From Deltaproteobacteria bacterium (lineage in GTDB: Bacteria; Desulfobacterota_D; UBA1144; Nemesobacterales; CSP1-2), in NCBI GenBank assembly GCA_052390235.1, contig JBQTHB010000005.1, positions 96,001 to 160,000 of the forward strand: DNA of 64,000 nt, given 5' to 3'. The translations under genes and the position numbers were made by a program. Each line of letters opens with the position of its first letter. The first letter of the stretch is position 1. Shown here in pieces: positions 28,418 to 38,703 of this stretch. The notes beneath the pieces were generated by a model. The model made no database searches. It was not told where the DNA came from and was given only the letters and a program-made list of their open reading frames with translations.

Positions 28418-30331
28418 CTAAGCCCCCGGTTTTAGAAATAATACTCCAAGCGCAGGGAGTGTAAGTGAGAGCGAATACGCCCTACCGTGAACCGCCGACG
28501 CCGACGCCTGCGCCCCTCCGAAATTGCCGATGCCGCTTCCGCCGTAAATCTCGGAGTCGCTGTTTAAAAGTTCCTTCCAGAAACCGCCCTGAGGTACCCC
28601 CACTACGTAGTTAAACCTCGCCACAGGGGTAAGGTTCAGCACTGCGAGAGTGCAGTTGCCGGGGTATCTCCCGCGCCGAATGAAACTTATCACGCTCTGC
28701 TCGGAGTCGCCGAAATCCACCCACTCGAACCCCTCAGGAGAGAAATCGAGTTCGTGGAGCGCTGTATCGGCTCTGTAGAGGCGGTTTAAGTCCGCAACCC
28801 ACCTGAGCATCCCCGCGTTGAGCGGGTTTTGGATGAGATGCCAATCGAGGCTCGCCTCGTGATACCACTCGCCCCACTGCGCGAACTCCGCGCCCATAAA
28901 TAGGAGTTTTTTTCCCGGCTCGGCGAACATATAGCCGAAAAGGGCGCGTAAATTGGCAAACTTCTGCCAGTCGTCTCCGGGCATTTTCCTCAGGACAGAC
29001 CCCTTGCCATAGACCACTTCGTCGTGAGAGATGGAGAGAACAAAATTCTCCGTGAACGCGTACCAGATGCTGAAGGTGAGGAGATTTTGCCAGTGTTTGC
29101 GATAAATAGGGTCGAGGGAGAAATAATCAAGCGCGTCGTGCATCCAGCCCATGTTCCACTTCATGCCGAACCCAAGCCCGCCCGCCGAGACCGGCCTTGA
29201 GACCATCCCCCAAGAGGTTGACTCCTCGGCGATGGTCTGAACGTCTGGGTAATTGCTATAGACGGCCTCGTTGAGCGTCCGAAGAAAATCTATGGCTTCG
29301 AGGTTCTCCTTGCCGCCGCGCTCGTTGGCAACCCACTCGCCCTCTTTACGGGAATAATCGAGGTATAGCATTGAAGCCACGGCGTCAACTCTTATGGCGT
29401 CAGCGTGGTATTTATCGAGCCAAAAAAGCGCGCTTGAGACTAAAAACTCCCTCACCTCGCGCCGCCCGTAGTTAAATATCCAGCTATTCCATTCGGGATG
29501 AAACCCCTGCCGCCTGTCCTGATGCTCGTACAGATGAGTTCCGTCGAAATAGGCGAGCCCGTGTTCGTCCCCCGGGAAGTGGGAAGGCACCCAGTCGAGG
29601 ATCACCCCTATGCCGTTTTGATGGAGCAGGTCAACCAGATACATAAAATCTTGAGGCGAGCCGTACCTGCTCGTGGGGGCAAAGTAGGAAACCGTCTGAT
29701 ACCCCCAAGAGCCGTAGAAAGGATGCTCCATCACCGGGAGAAACTCCACATGGGTAAATCCCGCTTCCTTGACATAGGAAGCGAGGGCGCGGGCTATTTC
29801 CCTGTAATTGAGATACGAGCCGCCCCGCTCAACGCATCTTTGCCATGAGCCGAGGTGAACCTCGTAAATTGAAATTGGAGCGTCGAGGGAATTTGCCCTG
29901 CGACGGTTTGCCATCCACTGCCCATCGCCCCAGTCATAGCCTAAATCCCAGACAACGGAGGCGGTTTTCGGAGGGGTTTCGGCGCAAAACGCGAATGGGT
30001 CGGCTTTATCAACCCGGTAGCCGCCGTATTTCGAGGCTATATGGTACTTATAAACCGCTCCGACGCCGACCCCTGAGATGAACCCCTCCCAGATGCCTGA
30101 GCCGTCATCCCTTTGACGCAGGGGGTTTGCGTCTGCGCGCCAGTAGTTGAAATCCCCGACGACCGAGACCGAGGCGGCGTTGGGCGCCCATACGGCAAAG
30201 CGCGCTCCCCGCTCCCCGCTCCCCTCCACGAGGCGCGAGCCTAACTTATCGTAAAGCCTGAAATGGTTTCCCTCTTTGAAGAGGTGAACGTCGTAGTCAG
30301 AAAATAGAGTCAATCCCGCGCGCATTTTCAT
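28418..30331 (-). CDS. glgB: 1,4-alpha-glucan branching enzyme
   Basis: [42 protein letters not shown]; start placed at MKMRAG. Confidence 0.95.
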   Translation of the reverse strand: MKMRAGLTLFSDYDVHLFKEGNHFRLYDKLGSRLVEGSGERGARFAVWAPNAASVSVVGDFNYWRADANPLRQRDDGSGIWEGFISGVGVGAVYKYHIASKYGGYRVDKADPFAFCAETPPKTASVVWDLGYDWGDGQWMANRRRANSLDAPISIYEVHLGSWQRCVERGGSYLNYREIARALASYVKEAGFTHVEFLPVMEHPFYGSWGYQTVSYFAPTSRYGSPQDFMYLVDLLHQNGIGVILDWVPSHFPGDEHGLAYFDGTHLYEHQDRRQGFHPEWNSWIFNYGRREVREFLVSSALFWLDKYHADAIRVDAVASMLYLDYSRKEGEWVANERGGKENLEAIDFLRTLNEAVYSNYPDVQTIAEESTSWGMVSRPVSAGGLGFGMKWNMGWMHDALDYFSLDPIYRKHWQNLLTFSIWYAFTENFVLSISHDEVVYGKGSVLRKMPGDDWQKFANLRALFGYMFAEPGKKLLFMGAEFAQWGEWYHEASLDWHLIQNPLNAGMLRWVADLNRLYRADTALHELDFSPEGFEWVDFGDSEQSVISFIRRGRYPGNCTLAVLNLTPVARFNYVVGVPQGGFWKELLNSDSEIYGGSGIGNFGGAQASASAVHGRAYSLSLTLPALGVLFLKPGA

Positions 30332-30569
30332 CGCCCTAAGTCCAGTAGTAAATATATCCTCGAAAAATCCGTCGGCAGCCGTCAAGGAATGATAACAAAT
30401 TATGATTTGATGCCCAAATCCTAGGTAAAATCCGGCAATCCGCTCATCCAATTTAATCTCTGTTAATTTCCACTCGATAGGACAAAGGCTTGATAATCAA
30501 GGCGAGTTGTGTTTATTATAGAAGCGAGGGGTTAGTGCAAATTCCGAGAGTACGGAGGAGGAAGCCAAA

Positions 30570-32264
30570 ATGAAAATAAACAATTTATGGCTGATATTTT
30601 TCATCACCGCCACCTTTTTACAGGCTCTGCCGAGAGAGTCCCATGCCGGAGTGGAATTGCTCGCCAAAGCCCCGGCGGATGAGTGCTTCTGCGGCATCGG
30701 GGACTCCCATAATGGCCCAATTAGCGCGTCAGCAAAAGGGGATTGCTCGGACATCGTATCCGATACCGGAGGGGCTTGCGTGCCAAAGAGGAATCAGTCC
30801 TACATTTGGGGGCTGACAAAATCGGGGAGGGTTCTGTGGTTCGGCACGGCTCCGAACGTGCTTTGCACGGGCGGCGCGCCTATCGGGATATTAGGCTCAA
30901 CCCCCTTTGTCCGCGCTGGATTTGTCGCCTGCGAATTCGGGGAGAGTAGCCTCGTGCCACCGCTGCCCGCCAGTCTTGGGGACTTCCGCCCGCCGAGAAT
31001 CTACACCTATGACCTCAACTCTAAAATGCTCGAACAGAGGTCTGTTGCGAGCTGCGGCGGAGCTGACCGAACGGCTCTGCTGAACGACACCGGGGGCTTG
31101 CGCTCGGCCGGAAGCCTTGGCAACGTCGTATTCCTCGCGGGACTCGGTATTTCAGGCGGCATCAACGTGTTCGCCTTCAGGGCAGATACGCGCGCCTGCA
31201 TCGGGGCGATGAAGCTCACCCAATTCGACGACATAAGGAAATGGCTCGTCCTCAATGGAATCCTCTACGCCGCCGTGGGCAATACGAACGGCGGAGGGAG
31301 CGTTCTGCGGTGGACGGGGACAGTAGCCAGTCCGTTTCAGTTCGCGGTCGTCGGAAATCTGGACGGTTTGGGGGCAAATATCGCATCCCATAACGGGCGA
31401 ATTTTCGTTACCACGTGGCCCGACATCCCCGAGAACGTAGCCCCCTCCACGCTGGTTAATTTCGGATTTGCCGGTCTCTACGCCAGCCCCACCGTGCCAA
31501 GGGCGGGACTGACGGCGGCAAACGCCGGGCAGTGGAGAAAAGTATGGCAGGCGACCGACTACGAGCCGGATAGAGTCATAGCGGCGGCTTACGCAGGAGG
31601 CGACCTAGCCTCATTCGGGGGGTTTCTCTACTGGGGAACCATGCACTTTCCCAATGTCTCTTTCCTTGTCCACGCCGCGTTCCGCGAGCCAGATACCCTC
31701 TCATGCGCCACAACTCACGCCGGAGACCAAGCGGCTATAGATGAATGCAGGGCGAGAAGAGACATTGCGCGCTCAGAGGCTTTCCGCACGTCGGCTATAT
31801 TCCGCGGCAACTTCGATTTTCTCCCATTCAGCAGGGTTGAATTGCTCTACGGGGACGCCTCGCTTCCGGTCTATAGTGCCTTGCAAGGGGTATGGGCGGA
31901 CCAGTTCAACGGCAACCTCGTCAGATTCCCCAGATTCGGCGCATCGGGCTTCAACAACCCGTTCAACCTCTACACCTGGACGATGACCGTATTTAACAAT
32001 CAGCTCTTCGTCGGCAGTTTTGACGCGAGCATCTTGCTGACGGGCGGCGTTCAGCCCGCTAATAACCCGTTCGGAGCGGATTTATTACGCTTCACTAACG
32101 CAAATTCAGCGGCAACGCCCGTAACCCTCAACGGATTCGGCAACATCACAAACTACGGAGTGCGCACGGTTTTCTCGGACGGCGACGGGCTATTCCTAGG
32201 AACGGCAAACCCCTTTAATATCAATCGAGGCGGAGGGTGGGAGCTTCTGAGATTTACGCCTTAA
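30570..32264 (+). CDS. Secreted Cys-containing beta-propeller-like protein of unknown function
   Basis: GGAGG RBS, signal peptide; repeated blade-like segments (LWFGT, LYAAVGN, LYWGT, LFVGS, LFLGT). Confidence 0.7.
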   Translation: MKINNLWLIFFITATFLQALPRESHAGVELLAKAPADECFCGIGDSHNGPISASAKGDCSDIVSDTGGACVPKRNQSYIWGLTKSGRVLWFGTAPNVLCTGGAPIGILGSTPFVRAGFVACEFGESSLVPPLPASLGDFRPPRIYTYDLNSKMLEQRSVASCGGADRTALLNDTGGLRSAGSLGNVVFLAGLGISGGINVFAFRADTRACIGAMKLTQFDDIRKWLVLNGILYAAVGNTNGGGSVLRWTGTVASPFQFAVVGNLDGLGANIASHNGRIFVTTWPDIPENVAPSTLVNFGFAGLYASPTVPRAGLTAANAGQWRKVWQATDYEPDRVIAAAYAGGDLASFGGFLYWGTMHFPNVSFLVHAAFREPDTLSCATTHAGDQAAIDECRARRDIARSEAFRTSAIFRGNFDFLPFSRVELLYGDASLPVYSALQGVWADQFNGNLVRFPRFGASGFNNPFNLYTWTMTVFNNQLFVGSFDASILLTGGVQPANNPFGADLLRFTNANSAATPVTLNGFGNITNYGVRTVFSDGDGLFLGTANPFNINRGGGWELLRFTP

Positions 32265-32321
32265 CATAAGGGTTAAGTCGGGTACAATTAGGCAGTCAAG
32301 CTCGGTTTAGAAGGGGTGTTT

Positions 32322-33347
32322 ATGCAGAACAGGATTTTTTCGGTCGTCTCAGGCATCGGCTCGTATCTGCCGGATGGGGCTGTAACCTCAAGAGAGGTGG
32401 ACGAGAGACTCGCCGACCTCAAATATTTAAACGTGAGCCACATGGTGGAGTCCATCACGGGGGTAAAAGAGCGCAGGCACGCTCCCGAAGGCGTTCACGC
32501 CTCCGACATCGCAGTATTTGCCGCCAAAGACGCCCTCTCGAACTCTGGACACTCCCCTGAGGACGTGGACACTATCCTATACACCTCCTGTAGCCGAGAC
32601 CTCACCGAGCCTGCTACAGCCTCCATCGTGCAGGCAAAACTCGGCGCGGTAAACGCTCGGCGCGTAATGGACGTAACCAACGCCTGCAATAGCTTTCTCT
32701 CAGGCCTGGAGGTGATAAATTCACTTATCGCCGTGGGGCAGACCAAAATCGGGCTAGTCGTCGCCGGAGAGAGGCTCAGCACTGTAGTAAATTGGAATCT
32801 AAAAAACCCAATGGAGCTTAAAACCGGATTTGCCGCCCTAACCCTCGGAGACGGCGGCGGGGCTTTCGTCGTTACCCCAAACTCTGAGAATGGAAAACGC
32901 GGCATAGTGGGGTCTCATTTCTTCTCCGACGGCAGGGAATGGGAACTGAGCGTTGTCAGGGGCGGCGGCACAATATCGCCGAGAAACAACCTGCCAGACA
33001 CCTACTTTCACTGCGACAGCCTTAGGCTAAACCGGCTCGCCATGAAGCACATCCCCGAAGCCGTCGAGGGGGCTTTGGAGCAGAGCGGATTTTCGCTTGA
33101 GGAAATCGAGCTTGTGGTGCCGCATCAGGTGTCGCTGTCCATTTGCGAGAAAATAGCCTCCAAGTTCAACTACCCAATGGAAAAAATCATGGTTACCCTC
33201 GACCGCTACGGCAACATGGGCGCGGCAAGCATCCCATTTGCCCTTAAAGAAGCCGTCAAACAGGGCAGGGTGTTTAAGGGAAGCCCCGTTCTGCTCCTAG
33301 GCGGCGCGGCGGGCTTCAGCGCGATTGGCACGATACTGGTGCTTTAA
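32322..33347 (+). CDS. OleA/FabH-like condensing enzyme (KS III family)
   Basis: EPATASIVQ, DVTNACNSF (Cys), PHQVS (His), GNMGAAS (Asn). Confidence 0.88.
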   Translation: MQNRIFSVVSGIGSYLPDGAVTSREVDERLADLKYLNVSHMVESITGVKERRHAPEGVHASDIAVFAAKDALSNSGHSPEDVDTILYTSCSRDLTEPATASIVQAKLGAVNARRVMDVTNACNSFLSGLEVINSLIAVGQTKIGLVVAGERLSTVVNWNLKNPMELKTGFAALTLGDGGGAFVVTPNSENGKRGIVGSHFFSDGREWELSVVRGGGTISPRNNLPDTYFHCDSLRLNRLAMKHIPEAVEGALEQSGFSLEEIELVVPHQVSLSICEKIASKFNYPMEKIMVTLDRYGNMGAASIPFALKEAVKQGRVFKGSPVLLLGGAAGFSAIGTILVL

Positions 33348-33426
33348 GCGCCCGTTACTACAGCTGAGACCTCGACTTGCAGTTATATAATTCGATACGC
33401 TGCCGCGAATGGCGAATTATCCCGCA

Positions 33427-34572
33427 TCATGAATCATGTAAACCGCCGATGATTGTCCAATTGACGGGGTTAATGCGGGCTAAACACTCTCGCATCGCGC
33501 CGTCGCACATCTGTTTTACCGCTGAAACGTCGCCCTCCGGTATGTATTTGAGCCCAGATGTCGGCATCCGAAGCGGCATCCCCATATCATCGAGCTTAGC
33601 GAGAATCTCCCGGCCCTCGTCCGGCAAATCCAAGAACCGGAACAACTCCGCAAGAGAGTGCGCCGGGCGGCGAATTAAATCATCGTAGGCGAGAAAACAG
33701 CTCGAACGGGGGTCTGCCAGATTTTCCAAATCCCCCAGAGCGCGCCGAATCCAAACCAGGTGGTCTCCGGTCATTGCCCTTGGGTCTGGACTCACGGATT
33801 CGAGGTTTACGGTTCTATTCGCCTGCTCCATAAAATACCCTAGCGGGCTATGGTCTGAGTAGTTATATCTCCCCACTAAGAGGCGGTAAAAAGGCGCGGG
33901 CGACTCGGCAATCCCCCTCCATACGGCGATGAATTTCATCTTCGAGTCCACGCAAACGAGCGGGTCGCGGTGGAGATAAATAAACCTAGCGTCGGGAAAT
34001 AGCCCGGCTATCTCTGGTATCCGTCTCGTGAGGTAAGGGGCTTTCCAAAGGAAGCGGCCCTTGCGCTCGATGTAGAGAATTTTGCGCATATAATCTCGCA
34101 GATCCGCCGCCGCCGTGTGGTTATAGGGAATATCTCTGTTCTCGAAATAGCGCAGAATTAAGCCCTGCGCCTCCTGCGGCGAGTCGAAGCCGACCATTAT
34201 ATCATCCATCTTGCGGGCTATGGGCTTGAGAAAAGACGCCGGGAAATACCGCTTCGCCAGTATCGGGAACATATCGAACAGGTCGGAATACATACGAGGA
34301 GTCGCAACTTGGGAGTGGAGGCAGAGAATCTGCTGGAGAATCGTCGTGCCGGAGCGGTGAGGGGCTATTATGAATATGGGATTTTTAATCTCCGAGCCAT
34401 GCCACTTTTTCTTATAAATGACATTTTCGAGGCTTGAGAGCGCGTCCTTGAGGCGAGCTGTAGAGTAGTTGACGAAATGCTTATTCTGAAAATAGGTATA
34501 TGCCAAGTACCAGAAGAAATGATATTTCCAGCTCGTTATATCGGGCGTATTCATGGCTTCATCGAGGGACAT
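33427..34572 (-). CDS. PAPS-dependent sulfotransferase
   Basis: PIFIIAPHRSGTT, FPDARFIYLHRDP. Confidence 0.85.
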   Translation of the reverse strand: MSLDEAMNTPDITSWKYHFFWYLAYTYFQNKHFVNYSTARLKDALSSLENVIYKKKWHGSEIKNPIFIIAPHRSGTTILQQILCLHSQVATPRMYSDLFDMFPILAKRYFPASFLKPIARKMDDIMVGFDSPQEAQGLILRYFENRDIPYNHTAAADLRDYMRKILYIERKGRFLWKAPYLTRRIPEIAGLFPDARFIYLHRDPLVCVDSKMKFIAVWRGIAESPAPFYRLLVGRYNYSDHSPLGYFMEQANRTVNLESVSPDPRAMTGDHLVWIRRALGDLENLADPRSSCFLAYDDLIRRPAHSLAELFRFLDLPDEGREILAKLDDMGMPLRMPTSGLKYIPEGDVSAVKQMCDGAMRECLARINPVNWTIIGGLHDS

Positions 34573-35932
34573 CGCGTTTTTCGAGCCTCATCATCACTCG
34601 CTTGGGTCTGAGAGTTACATAAGGCTCAGGCTCTACGCTATATCCCGGCTCGGATTTCATCCGCCACCTCTGAGCAACGGCGGCAAGGACTAAAATCGCC
34701 TCAGTCCAGGCAAATTGCTCCCCGATGCAGTGGCGCGGCCCCCCGCCGAATGGTATGTAGGCAAAGCGCGTGCTGGGCGTGTCTGCGGGCTGCGCGCTCC
34801 ACCTCTCAGGGTTAAACGCAAGGGGGTCGGCAAAGTAGCCGGGGTGTCGGTGTATCGAATACGGGCAGATGAGCAGAATAGACCCAGCCGGTATGGTGTA
34901 TGAGCCAAGCCGATAGTCCCTCTGCGCGAGGCGCGGGGTTAGCCACACGGGCGGATAGAGCCTAAGAGCCTCGGCAAAAACCGCTTTTGTGTATCGAAGG
35001 CGCGCCGCATCATCGAATTCGGGAAGCCTGCCTCCGAGAACAGAGTCTATCTCGGCGTGGAGTTTGCGCTCCACCTCGGGATGCTCCGCGATGAGATGCC
35101 ACGCCCAAGAGAGGGAGGAGGCGGTTGTTTCGTGTCCGGCGAGGAAGATTGTCATGACCTCATCCCGCGCCTGGGTATCGGTCATTGATGAGTTATCCCC
35201 GTCGGCGTCGCTTGCCGCAAGGAGCATCGAGAGGAGGTCTCCCGTGTCTCTGCCGCCGCGTCTGCTGCGAATTATTCGATACACAACGGCATCGAGCCTG
35301 CGTTTCGCCTCATTCGAGTGCGCTATTGCGGGAATCGGCAGTTTCTCGAGAGTTTTATAGAACGGCAGGTGAGGCATAATAAACGTGCGCCACCAATTCT
35401 GCCTGAAAACCGTGAGGGCGTGGCTTATCTCCTGAGTATCGGATTCTACGTCCGCGCCGAATAGGGTCTTGGAGACTATCGTGAGGGTGAGCCGGTACAT
35501 CTCCTGAGATATATCGGCGATGCCGCCGTCGCGCCATTCGTCCCTGAGCCTAGCCGAGCAGTCGGACATTACGGCGGCGTATGAGGCTATTCTCTGGCGG
35601 TGAAAAGCGGGCTGGGCGAGCCTCCTTTGGCGGCGGTGAAATTCTCCCTCGCTTGTGAGAAGCCCCTCGCCGAGAACAATTTTCCCCCTCTCCCAAGCGA
35701 CTCCTTTGGTAAAATTGGCGTAGTGGTTAGTCATAACCTCCTGAATGTAGTCGGGATGGTTGAGGAGGAAAATATTTTTATAGCCGAGCCTGAAATTTAT
35801 AATATCGTCGCCGCGCCGGACGCACTCAAGCAAAAATCCCAGCGGGTCGCGCAGAAAAGGAATTAAACAGCCAACAAGGGGAAGCCCCTTGGGACCCTGC
35901 GGGAAAGGCGCGCTAGACACTGCATGAGACAT
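34559..35932 (-). CDS. Cytochrome P450
   Basis: AGHETT, EALRLYPP, PERW, FGGGPRHCIG. Confidence 0.96.
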   Translation of the reverse strand: MSHAVSSAPFPQGPKGLPLVGCLIPFLRDPLGFLLECVRRGDDIINFRLGYKNIFLLNHPDYIQEVMTNHYANFTKGVAWERGKIVLGEGLLTSEGEFHRRQRRLAQPAFHRQRIASYAAVMSDCSARLRDEWRDGGIADISQEMYRLTLTIVSKTLFGADVESDTQEISHALTVFRQNWWRTFIMPHLPFYKTLEKLPIPAIAHSNEAKRRLDAVVYRIIRSRRGGRDTGDLLSMLLAASDADGDNSSMTDTQARDEVMTIFLAGHETTASSLSWAWHLIAEHPEVERKLHAEIDSVLGGRLPEFDDAARLRYTKAVFAEALRLYPPVWLTPRLAQRDYRLGSYTIPAGSILLICPYSIHRHPGYFADPLAFNPERWSAQPADTPSTRFAYIPFGGGPRHCIGEQFAWTEAILVLAAVAQRWRMKSEPGYSVEPEPYVTLRPKRVMMRLEKRDVPR

Positions 35933-36057
35933 GAAACACACTCCTTAAACGTATCAATCCCCCCCCTCACAAGCCAATTCCGGGTGATATTATAATTGCA
36001 GGGGGGCAAATTCACAATTTACGCCGCAGAAACGAGAAGGCAAAGGGAGGAGCGAAA

Positions 36058-36116
36058 GCGGTTTTTAGTTTTGAGTTTTTAGTTTTTAGTCTCAACACTA
36101 GAAACTAAAAACTAGC
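36058..36116 (-). repeat. Heptamer palindromic repeat, inverted copy 3
   Basis: GCGGTTTTTAGT...GTTTTTAGTTTTTAGTCTCAACACTAGAAACTAAAAACT aligns to the reverse complement of 4381-4440. Confidence 0.8.
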
Positions 36117-36176
36117 TTTTTCTTGTCGTCTTCTCGCCTCAGCAGTAATGCCGTCTTGCATCCCGAATCCGATATA

Positions 36177-36221
36177 TTGACAAAACCGCGATTTAAATAG
36201 ACAATGCAGTCGCGGGGGGGG
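36177..36221 (+). promoter_or_regulatory. Promoter with overlapping inverted repeat for the LuxE-like gene
   Basis: TTGACA-17 bp-GACAAT; CCGCGATT...AGTCGCGG brackets the -10; G8 run at 36214-36221. Confidence 0.5.
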
Positions 36222-36230
36222 TATTATCAA

Positions 36231-37613
36231 ATGGACTCAGCCGACGACTATAGTAATACTGCGCAGAATCGGGTTACGGACCCGAGACTGCGCGCCCTGC
36301 TCACCCCTCACGGACAGATTCCCGCGGCGGCGGATAAAGAGCGCGCGATAGAACGAGCCCTCTACACCCCGGAGCAGTTCTCGCTCGCCCCAGACGAGGC
36401 CCTCACCCTGCGGTTTCGCGCTATCTGCGAGAGCTTCGCCTATCATTTTGGGCATAACCCGTTTTACAGACGGTTTTGCGAGACCTCAGCCGTTACGCCA
36501 GGCGATATAAACTCTCCTGATGATTTGGCAAAAATACCCCTCGTGCCGGAGCATATCTTCAAAGGCTCGCCCGGCGCGGAGGATTTCATTCTCTGGATTT
36601 CCGGCATCTCATCGGATGAGCTTGGTTGGGGCGGAGTCAAAAATATCGGCGGCTCTTACGACGAGCAGATAGCCGCTCTGCGCAGAGATTACGGAATTCT
36701 AGTGCGCACCACTAGCGGCTCAAGCGGGATTCCCTCTTTCCTCCCGCGCGACCCCGTTACGAGGCGGAGGAGCGCGCACTGGAAAATCATCGCTTATGCC
36801 GCCATGCGCCCCGATGTTCTCTCATCCCAGAGTCCGCTCTCGGTAACGCTCTGGCCCCTTGATTTTAGCTGGGCGGATTTAATAGCCCCGCCGGAGCGCG
36901 TCCATGCCCTGCTCGATAAAAAGCTCGGGCTCGAAACCGTAATAAGGGCTATGACCGGCGTAAAACAAGAGGGTTTTATTGACAAACTCCTGCGGCGAAA
37001 ATCGGGGGTATCGCCCCTTCTCGCGGATTTAGCCGGGAGGCTTGGGGATTTAGCATCGCCCGGGAGTTCGGGGATTATCTGGGCGCCGCCTTTTCTCATC
37101 TATGCCCTATCGCGCTATGTCCTAGAGGGCGGAGCGGCGTTAAAGCTCTCCGAGCGGTGGAGAATCGAGCTTGGGGGCGGTTGGAAGCTCCTCAGCGAAA
37201 AACCCCTCTCAGAGCCAGAACTGCGCGCTCTGGCAGGCAGAGCCCTCTCCATACCGGAGGGGAATATCCACGACACCTACGGCTCTACAGAGTGCCTTGG
37301 GCTTTGCGCAATCTCCTGCGAAGGCGGCTGGAAGCACGTGCCTCACGCCGTCCTGCACCCGATTGTGCTGGATGCCGAGATGAAGCCCGTCCCCGAAGGC
37401 GAGTGGGGGAGGTTTGCGTTCCTAAATCCGCTCATCCGCTCCTATCCCGGATTCATCGTTACAGGCGACAGGGTGAGGATGCTGAGCCGGTGTCCCTCGT
37501 GCGGGCGCAGCGGTCCAGTGCTGGACGGAGAGATTTCGAGGATGGCGGACGCCGAAGACCGGGGATGCGCGAACATCGTCCGAGAGATAATTAGCGAAAA
37601 ACTGGGGAGTTGA
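36231..37613 (+). CDS. LuxE/PaaK-like acyl-protein synthetase
   Basis: NPFYRRFC, KIPLVP, TTSGSSG, GGGWK, DTYGSTE, SYPGFIVTGD, C-terminal AEDRGC. Confidence 0.82.
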   Translation: MDSADDYSNTAQNRVTDPRLRALLTPHGQIPAAADKERAIERALYTPEQFSLAPDEALTLRFRAICESFAYHFGHNPFYRRFCETSAVTPGDINSPDDLAKIPLVPEHIFKGSPGAEDFILWISGISSDELGWGGVKNIGGSYDEQIAALRRDYGILVRTTSGSSGIPSFLPRDPVTRRRSAHWKIIAYAAMRPDVLSSQSPLSVTLWPLDFSWADLIAPPERVHALLDKKLGLETVIRAMTGVKQEGFIDKLLRRKSGVSPLLADLAGRLGDLASPGSSGIIWAPPFLIYALSRYVLEGGAALKLSERWRIELGGGWKLLSEKPLSEPELRALAGRALSIPEGNIHDTYGSTECLGLCAISCEGGWKHVPHAVLHPIVLDAEMKPVPEGEWGRFAFLNPLIRSYPGFIVTGDRVRMLSRCPSCGRSGPVLDGEISRMADAEDRGCANIVREIISEKLGS

Positions 37614-37615
37614 CC

Positions 37616-38635
37616 ATGGCGACAAACCCTCGCCCCAAAAAACCGAATCAACTCAAGGAGCTGTGGAGGGCTCTGGGTCCCTCGTTCGTTCCGGCGGTGC
37701 TGTGGCTGTCGGCTAAGGCTTTTTGGACTCGGATAAGAAGCGGCAGAGGCCCATTTGCCCCGACTTTTCCCGACCGCCCAGTCCCAATTCCCAAAGCGCT
37801 CAGAGCAGGGCGCACTCCCTCAAAAGAGCAATATCTAAGACCCACGCCGCTTGCCGACTCCGCCGATGCGCAAATCACCGCCCTTGCCGATGTGATACGA
37901 GACAAAGCATCCGGCGACCTAGATTTTGCCCGCTCGGCTTATGATTTCGTCCGTGAGGGGATTTTGTTTGCCATTGAGCCTCCTGCTCCCGACGGAGTGG
38001 CGGGGATTCTGAGACGCGGCTACGGCATCTGCTTCGATAAGGCAAACGTACTTGTCGCCCTCGCCCGCGCCGGAGGAATTCCTGCCAGATACTGCATCAT
38101 TTCCCACTCCTTAGGGGATGAAACGAAACTCCCTCCGATACCCAGAGAGCTTGGCAATCTCCTTGCAGATTGGCAAAAAAGCGGGGATTGGAGCATGAGA
38201 AACATCGGCGTCGGGGCGACAAGGAGGCTGAGCTGGCTCGCCGAGACGGGATTCGACAACTCACTTGCCACGGGACTGCACACTGTCGTTGAGCTTAAAG
38301 CCGGCGGCTCGTGGATTGCCGTTGACCCAAACTGGACTGACGCCGAGGCAGTAGCCCTGGGGCTTCCTCTCCTTCGCTTCGGCTACGACCCGATAACTAT
38401 GTTCGGCTATACCGGGGCGCTCACGAACCGCTCAGAAGCCGCGCCGGTTACGAGGGGACAGACCATTGGGCGACGGATACTCTGCGTCCTAACCCGCGGC
38501 ACAATAGATATTTTGAACCGTACGCTCAACGAGAGGCGCGAGGAGGGGAGGCGCGTACTCGCCGAGGTCGGGGAAGATGCGTATATGCAGAGAATGAAGC
38601 GGTTTTATGTGCCGCTCCCCATCGGCAGGGACTGA
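37616..38635 (+). CDS. Transglutaminase-like protein
   Basis: YLRPT..ADS, AYDFVR, GICFDKA..LVALARAGGIPARY, LHTVVE, WIAVDP (Cys-His-Asp triad). Confidence 0.85.
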   Translation: MATNPRPKKPNQLKELWRALGPSFVPAVLWLSAKAFWTRIRSGRGPFAPTFPDRPVPIPKALRAGRTPSKEQYLRPTPLADSADAQITALADVIRDKASGDLDFARSAYDFVREGILFAIEPPAPDGVAGILRRGYGICFDKANVLVALARAGGIPARYCIISHSLGDETKLPPIPRELGNLLADWQKSGDWSMRNIGVGATRRLSWLAETGFDNSLATGLHTVVELKAGGSWIAVDPNWTDAEAVALGLPLLRFGYDPITMFGYTGALTNRSEAAPVTRGQTIGRRILCVLTRGTIDILNRTLNERREEGRRVLAEVGEDAYMQRMKRFYVPLPIGRD

Positions 38636-38703
38636 GGCAATGCGCAGGGACAGTGGCTCAGGCATTCCTGCCGGAGAATACGGGTGTCGAGAAGTAGCAG
38701 GAC

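Noticed and set aside
36231..37613. Bioluminescence (lux) operon
   Set aside because: No luxA, luxB, luxC or luxD nearby.
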